Source of the DNA: Escherichia phage Phi1
Sequence record: EF437941
DNA: 64,000 nucleotides
Reading direction: 5' to 3' (one strand)
A program made the translations under genes and the position numbers. This document shows, piece by piece, positions 59,664 to 64,000 of the stretch. The notes beneath the pieces are model-generated. The model was not told the origin of the DNA and made no database searches. It saw nothing but the letters and a program-made list of their open reading frames with translations. Position 1 is the first letter of the stretch, and every line of letters begins with the position of its first letter.

Positions 59664-60140
59664 TTATTTTTCTTGATGCTCGCGCTCGTACTTTTCGAAA
59701 TAAAATTCTACTGGCTGATCGTGGATTGAAAGCAAGCCAAAGCGTTTAGCCGCTCGCAATCCCATATTGCGCTGAATGTACTTCTGGAAGTTCTCGCGTA
59801 TACACTTACGCCAGGATTCTAAGCCCATACAGCTTTTATAAAGATTGCATTGCACACACGCCGGATTCATGTTATCAAGTATATCATGCTCCGGTTTATG
59901 CATTCCTACAACCTTATACTTCCACGATCCATCATCATTACGAGCAATTCGTCCATTTTCATCATAGACTACCTTTGAGCGTCGTAATACTGGTTTGATG
60001 TGGTCTGCGTGCCAGCGATCCCCTAGTTCCTCGCCACAATAGGCACAACGTCCACCATATTTCATTTTCAGGATCTGGCGTTGCTCTTTCTTTGACAATT
60101 TTTTAGGTTTAGGGGCTTTCGCCCCTTCATTATCACACAT
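59664..60140 (-). CDS. HNH endonuclease
   Basis: CAYCGEELGDRWHADHIKP plus NMNPACVQCNLYK (HNH motif with paired Cys clusters); start overlaps the ligase gene end. Confidence 0.75.
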   Translation of the reverse strand: MCDNEGAKAPKPKKLSKKEQRQILKMKYGGRCAYCGEELGDRWHADHIKPVLRRSKVVYDENGRIARNDDGSWKYKVVGMHKPEHDILDNMNPACVQCNLYKSCMGLESWRKCIRENFQKYIQRNMGLRAAKRFGLLSIHDQPVEFYFEKYEREHQEK

Positions 60141-61629
60141 CGAATACCTCTTTTACTGTATTTGCAGTGGTCTTGTCGTAGCGAATACGTTTGATGATCG
60201 GGAGAAATAAAGAGAACTCCGGTTCATCTTCTTTACGTGATTTGCTTCGAATGTACCCGTTGCATGTCATCTCAATGACTTTTCCGACCAGGTTATGCCG
60301 TTCAGCCCATAACATTTCTCGGTCAAGATCATTTCGACGATCGAACGGAATTACACGTTCAATACCATCATCACATTTTTCGGTTGTGGTGTCAGTCAAT
60401 CCCGATCCGGTGTTAGTCATCATTCGTCCGCACGCACTACGGACAGTAAAACCGCCCACCTTATTAGGATCTTTACTATGCGGATATACATCAACAATTT
60501 CCGCGTCGAAGTCAATCACTTCTTTAAATTTAACCTGATCTTTACTGCGACGATCTTCAAATACACCATGTAAATTTTTAAGGATAATACCTTCTAATCC
60601 CATGTTTACATAGCGATGATATACTTCGCGAGCTTCATCGAGATTGTTAACTACGGTATTTTCGATTATCTGAACACGAGGATCGTTAAGTTCTTCAACA
60701 ATCTGTTTTAGTTCCTCAAATCGATCTTTATACTGCTTCGTTGCTTTCTCGTTACCGTAGTACACATCACGGTCGATAACATCCCAGACAGTGTAAACAA
60801 TACATTGGGCTTCTTCTTTTGGAATAGTTCCTTTCAGTGATTTGTTGAGGATACCATTTCCGGTCTGACGATCTGCAACAACGGATTCTTTCACTGCTTC
60901 CGTTACTGGCGTTAATGGCATTTCCTCTTCTTCAAATATCCATGACAGAGTACCATCATAAACGCTCTCAACGAAGTTCTGCGCTGGTGTTTGCGAAAGG
61001 GTAGGCATATATACCAATTCGCCATCTAGAACAATTCCACGGCCTCGTAAACGCTCTAAAACCGCAAACAAATCATCAAGCCCTTGATAGGTATTACCTG
61101 AGCGGGTATAGATTGCTAATGTTTCCCCGTCAATATCAGCCATCCCACGAGCGCCATCGCTTTTAAGTTGTGCATACGCCGGATACTTGATATTAGCAAT
61201 AGTCTTGTCAGAACATGACGATGCAAGGTGGCACGGCTGCTGGGGGATCAGTTTCTTCCATACCTTGTTTGCAGTGGTAGCGGAACAACCGCATTCCAGG
61301 TCACGATTCAGGACCATCATTGCAACTTTAGCATCATCCTCTGACAAGCAAGTCAGAGTATCGGTAACTAGCTGTAATGCTGCATTACCAGTTACTTGAC
61401 GCGTGGCAAGTTTATTTTTAAAGACCTGTAATGCACCGGATAAAGACAATACAGACGAATAACGCGATGGTTTATCGTATTTCTTTACGCCAAACGTAAC
61501 CTGTTTGCAATATGCCAGATAAAAGCATTCTTTCAGCGTTTCATTGCTCGCGGATTCTTTCAGAATCTTTTCTTTCAGCGATGTTTTGTCTGTTGCTGCA
61601 AGCTGATTAATGATATTAAGAATTGACAT
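60133..61629 (-). CDS. 30: ATP-dependent DNA ligase gp30
   Basis: Start set to ATG at 61629 (RBS GAGGTGA); adenylation motif KSDGAR; overall resemblance to T4 ligase. Confidence 0.9.
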   Translation of the reverse strand: MSILNIINQLAATDKTSLKEKILKESASNETLKECFYLAYCKQVTFGVKKYDKPSRYSSVLSLSGALQVFKNKLATRQVTGNAALQLVTDTLTCLSEDDAKVAMMVLNRDLECGCSATTANKVWKKLIPQQPCHLASSCSDKTIANIKYPAYAQLKSDGARGMADIDGETLAIYTRSGNTYQGLDDLFAVLERLRGRGIVLDGELVYMPTLSQTPAQNFVESVYDGTLSWIFEEEEMPLTPVTEAVKESVVADRQTGNGILNKSLKGTIPKEEAQCIVYTVWDVIDRDVYYGNEKATKQYKDRFEELKQIVEELNDPRVQIIENTVVNNLDEAREVYHRYVNMGLEGIILKNLHGVFEDRRSKDQVKFKEVIDFDAEIVDVYPHSKDPNKVGGFTVRSACGRMMTNTGSGLTDTTTEKCDDGIERVIPFDRRNDLDREMLWAERHNLVGKVIEMTCNGYIRSKSRKEDEPEFSLFLPIIKRIRYDKTTANTVKEVFDV

Positions 61630-62095
61630 TTTCACCTCGTTTTGTTAAACGTTCACGAATATCATTGAGGATACTACAAAATTCCGATTCAGTCAATATA
61701 GTCTTTAACGGATCAGTTCCACCTATACTATGACGCAATTTCTTATTTCCGGTAGCGAGTAATGCTTTACAAAATTCTGGGTTATTCCGTGCCATCGTAA
61801 CAAATGCCAGATGTACCAGTCTGTAATAATGCTCACTCATTCGATGAATCGGGCGACCCTGAAAATATAACATGTGATTCTCTATCTTTTCGGTCCTTCC
61901 GGTTCTTTTTGCTTTGCCACCGTGCATCAAAAAGATTTCTCTTTGTCTCTGAGGGTTCTTAAATCTTAGCCCCTGTAAAAATCCTTCTGTGCTGTTAATA
62001 TCGCAACCAAATAGACGGAATGGTCTTTTATTGAAATTACTCAATTCACCCGATGGATAAGGTCCACCCGCATAGATATCAATTTCAGAAGTCAT
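61616..62095 (-). CDS. possible NADAR/YbiA-like (DUF1768) protein
   Basis: Loose matches to YbiA-like motifs: GELSNF, STEGFLQGLRF, ALLATGNKKL; 159 aa; overlaps the ligase start by 14 nt. Confidence 0.45.
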   Translation of the reverse strand: MTSEIDIYAGGPYPSGELSNFNKRPFRLFGCDINSTEGFLQGLRFKNPQRQREIFLMHGGKAKRTGRTEKIENHMLYFQGRPIHRMSEHYYRLVHLAFVTMARNNPEFCKALLATGNKKLRHSIGGTDPLKTILTESEFCSILNDIRERLTKRGENVNS

Positions 62096-62249
62096 TGAAA
62101 CTAATCTCGCTAATCAGAGAGAACGGATCATAATCGTCACTAGGAATATCGATAGTAATCGAGTGAGGGTTTACCCATACACCAAACTGGTCTTCTTCGG
62201 TGAATACTTCGGTATGGATTTCGTGGATGTTTACATTCATAGTTTTCAT
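62085..62249 (-). CDS. hypothetical protein (54 aa)
   Basis: ATG with RBS AAGGAA; end overlaps the NADAR-like gene start; below the ORF-track cut-off. Confidence 0.35.
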   Translation of the reverse strand: MKTMNVNIHEIHTEVFTEEDQFGVWVNPHSITIDIPSDDYDPFSLISEISFNDF

Positions 62250-62332
62250 AATAAAATTCCTTAATAATCAATAACTTACAAAATCATATAGCCAAAATAT
62301 AGGCGGGATTATTACCCGCCGTTTAAAAATCA

Positions 62333-62656
62333 TTAACCGTAAACTACCACAATATTCTGTTTGTGCGTTACAGTCCATTTCAGGTCGATCTCTTCTTCCT
62401 TCTTAACGCCGTTAATAACGTCTGGATGAGGAACTTTATTCATCTTTCCATGTGGCAGTAAAACAGTTTTACCCAGCAATTCTTTATCTACCGTCTCGCC
62501 AATATCAATAATCTTACCTACCAGCGGAATCTCACCCATAGTGCGCTTTTGCTCAATAATGATCCCCATAGAGCTTTTTACTTCGGTCCCTGCGCTTTCT
62601 GCTTTAGCTTCGATAATTACATAATCACCAAGTGCTTTAGGAGTTTTAACGGTCAT
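62333..62656 (-). CDS. 31: GroES-like co-chaperonin gp31
   Basis: 107 aa; GDYVII and NKVPHP segments resemble T4 gp31; position between ligase and cd. Confidence 0.7.
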   Translation of the reverse strand: MTVKTPKALGDYVIIEAKAESAGTEVKSSMGIIIEQKRTMGEIPLVGKIIDIGETVDKELLGKTVLLPHGKMNKVPHPDVINGVKKEEEIDLKWTVTHKQNIVVVYG

Positions 62657-62697
62657 AATTTTATTACCTCTTCAAATCAATACAGTTTAATGATGAA

Positions 62698-63018
62698 TTA
62701 TTTATAAATTTCGACGATCTGCGCTGGAGTCAGCCCGTCTACATTAATCAGACTATCAAGCCCAAAACTACGGAAACCTTCAACTGCAATTTCATATACT
62801 GGCAAAGATGTTTCTGATTCTTTACGCGGTTTTTCGACATTAGGAACTAACCACTTTTCGTATGTTTCGAAAGGCATCAGTGCCGGATCTCGCGTGGCGA
62901 TCATCTCGCGGACAGTACCATCTTTCTTAGTAAACTGCAAAGAGTGAGTACCGACCGAAAACATTTTCTTTAGTGCTTCACGAAGTGCGATATTATCAAT
63001 TTGTTCAGTCATTATCAA
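62698..63018 (-). CDS. hypothetical protein (106 aa)
   Basis: ORF overlapping the cd 3' end; no recognised motif. Confidence 0.45.
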   Translation of the reverse strand: MIMTEQIDNIALREALKKMFSVGTHSLQFTKKDGTVREMIATRDPALMPFETYEKWLVPNVEKPRKESETSLPVYEIAVEGFRSFGLDSLINVDGLTPAQIVEIYK

Positions 63019-63511
63019 TACCCTTCAAATCAGTCAATAATTCTTTTGGAATACGAGTGATCGTAATATCTGCATTGTTCAGAATATCAGCCCAATCACG
63101 CCCACCATTTCGATCATATGTGTCGCAATAATATAGATGTTTAATTCCACTGTTTGCAATTGCTTTAGCGCAATCTGGACATGGTGAAGCAGTACACCAC
63201 ATACTAGCGCCTTCAATCGATACACCGCTACGGGCAGCAAACAAAATAGCATTTAATTCAGCGTGGATCTCGTTTTTCTGTGACCATGCACTATGCTCTG
63301 GTCGTTTTTCTGGGATCATTTTGCCTTCATCATCCAGCCAACCGCTTTTATGTGCATGACAGCTACAATTTACTTGCCCTGCTGGAGTGCCGTTAAATCC
63401 AGTAGAAATAATTCGCCCGTCTTTTTCGATTAGTGCTCCTACCTTCCACGAAACACATTTAGAGTTCTTTGCGATTAGATAGGCGATCTGCATGTAAGTT
63501 TGTGACAACAT
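63005..63511 (-). CDS. cd: dCMP deaminase
   Basis: Zn-binding deaminase motifs HAELNAI and PCPDCAKAI; 168 aa. Confidence 0.9.
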   Translation of the reverse strand: MLSQTYMQIAYLIAKNSKCVSWKVGALIEKDGRIISTGFNGTPAGQVNCSCHAHKSGWLDDEGKMIPEKRPEHSAWSQKNEIHAELNAILFAARSGVSIEGASMWCTASPCPDCAKAIANSGIKHLYYCDTYDRNGGRDWADILNNADITITRIPKELLTDLKGIDND

Positions 63512-63532
63512 AATATAATCCTCACATATTAA

Positions 63533-63736
63533 TTAACCGTATACGCGAAAGTATTCTACTGATCCGTCGCTATACTGTTTTACATTGAATGTATTCACAC
63601 CATGATTATTTCTCATGATGACATATACACTGCGACGTTCATCGCTAAACGGCATAACTGGCGCTGGTTCAATATCAACACTAAAACCACGTTTAGCAAG
63701 TGCTTCGCCTAATTGCTTGAGTTTATCGGTAAACAT
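63533..63736 (-). CDS. hypothetical protein (67 aa)
   Basis: ATG overlapping the stop of the upstream pseT. Confidence 0.45.
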   Translation of the reverse strand: MFTDKLKQLGEALAKRGFSVDIEPAPVMPFSDERRSVYVIMRNNHGVNTFNVKQYSDGSVEYFRVYG

Positions 63737-64000
63737 TAAAAGTCTCCGTAGTTAACCTGAAAACATTCTACACCAATTGAGCGGTACATGTCAACCACTT
63801 GATCACGGTCATCTACTGCCAAAACAACATGATAACGCGGTGCAATTTCAGAGAAGAAAATCTCTTTCTTCACTTCATGATCAGGACGACGATCATTAGT
63901 TTCACGTTGAAAGTGATCACTAGGTTCAATACCCTGTTCACGCAACCATTGCAGAGTATCTTCTTCGCAAACATCCTCACGTCCTGAGCATGTAATGATA
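63736..64000 (-). CDS. pseT: polynucleotide kinase/phosphatase PseT (partial; 3' end only, start beyond window)
   Basis: C-terminus ...EIFFSEIAPRYHVVLAVDDRDQVVDMYRSIGVECFQVNYGDF resembles the T4 Pnk phosphatase-domain C-terminus; frame open to the window edge. Confidence 0.75.
   Translation of the reverse strand, partial: IITCSGREDVCEEDTLQWLREQGIEPSDHFQRETNDRRPDHEVKKEIFFSEIAPRYHVVLAVDDRDQVVDMYRSIGVECFQVNYGDF

Overview
This window is a 64-kb segment of a T4-like (T-even-type) myovirus genome, read directly from sequence and from T4 gene order; no database search was run. It carries the virion morphogenesis block (partial gene 2, then 4, 53, 5, 5.4, 6-13, 14-20, 67, 68, 21-24 on the + strand), then hoc, uvsW, uvsY, the baseplate hub genes 25, 26, 51, 27, 28, 29, 48, 54, then alt, an accessory early region of about 7.8 kb, and finally DNA ligase (30), gene 31, cd and the 3' end of pseT on the - strand. 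Late TATAAATA promoters and hairpin terminators punctuate the structural genes. Non-T4 content sits at three places: a three-gene island with an NPPF methyltransferase between genes 8 and 9, a GIY-YIG endonuclease between 13 and 14, and the alt-to-ligase region. That region holds about 27 small - strand genes driven by at least 11 copies of a roughly 65-bp early-promoter cassette. The strongest candidate for an undescribed system there is a translationally coupled five-gene operon encoding a DUF262 (ParB-like) protein, a Zn-ribbon protein and a truncated C5-cytosine-methyltransferase-like protein. Other leads are a second ADP-ribosyltransferase plus lipoprotein beside alt, a possible NADAR-like gene overlapping ligase, a six-member HxHW small-protein family, and a C1q-like domain appended to fibritin. 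The ORF track uses TTG/GTG starts in places, so several starts were re-set to the ATG with a ribosome-binding site. Most remaining track ORFs are internal or antisense and are not annotated.
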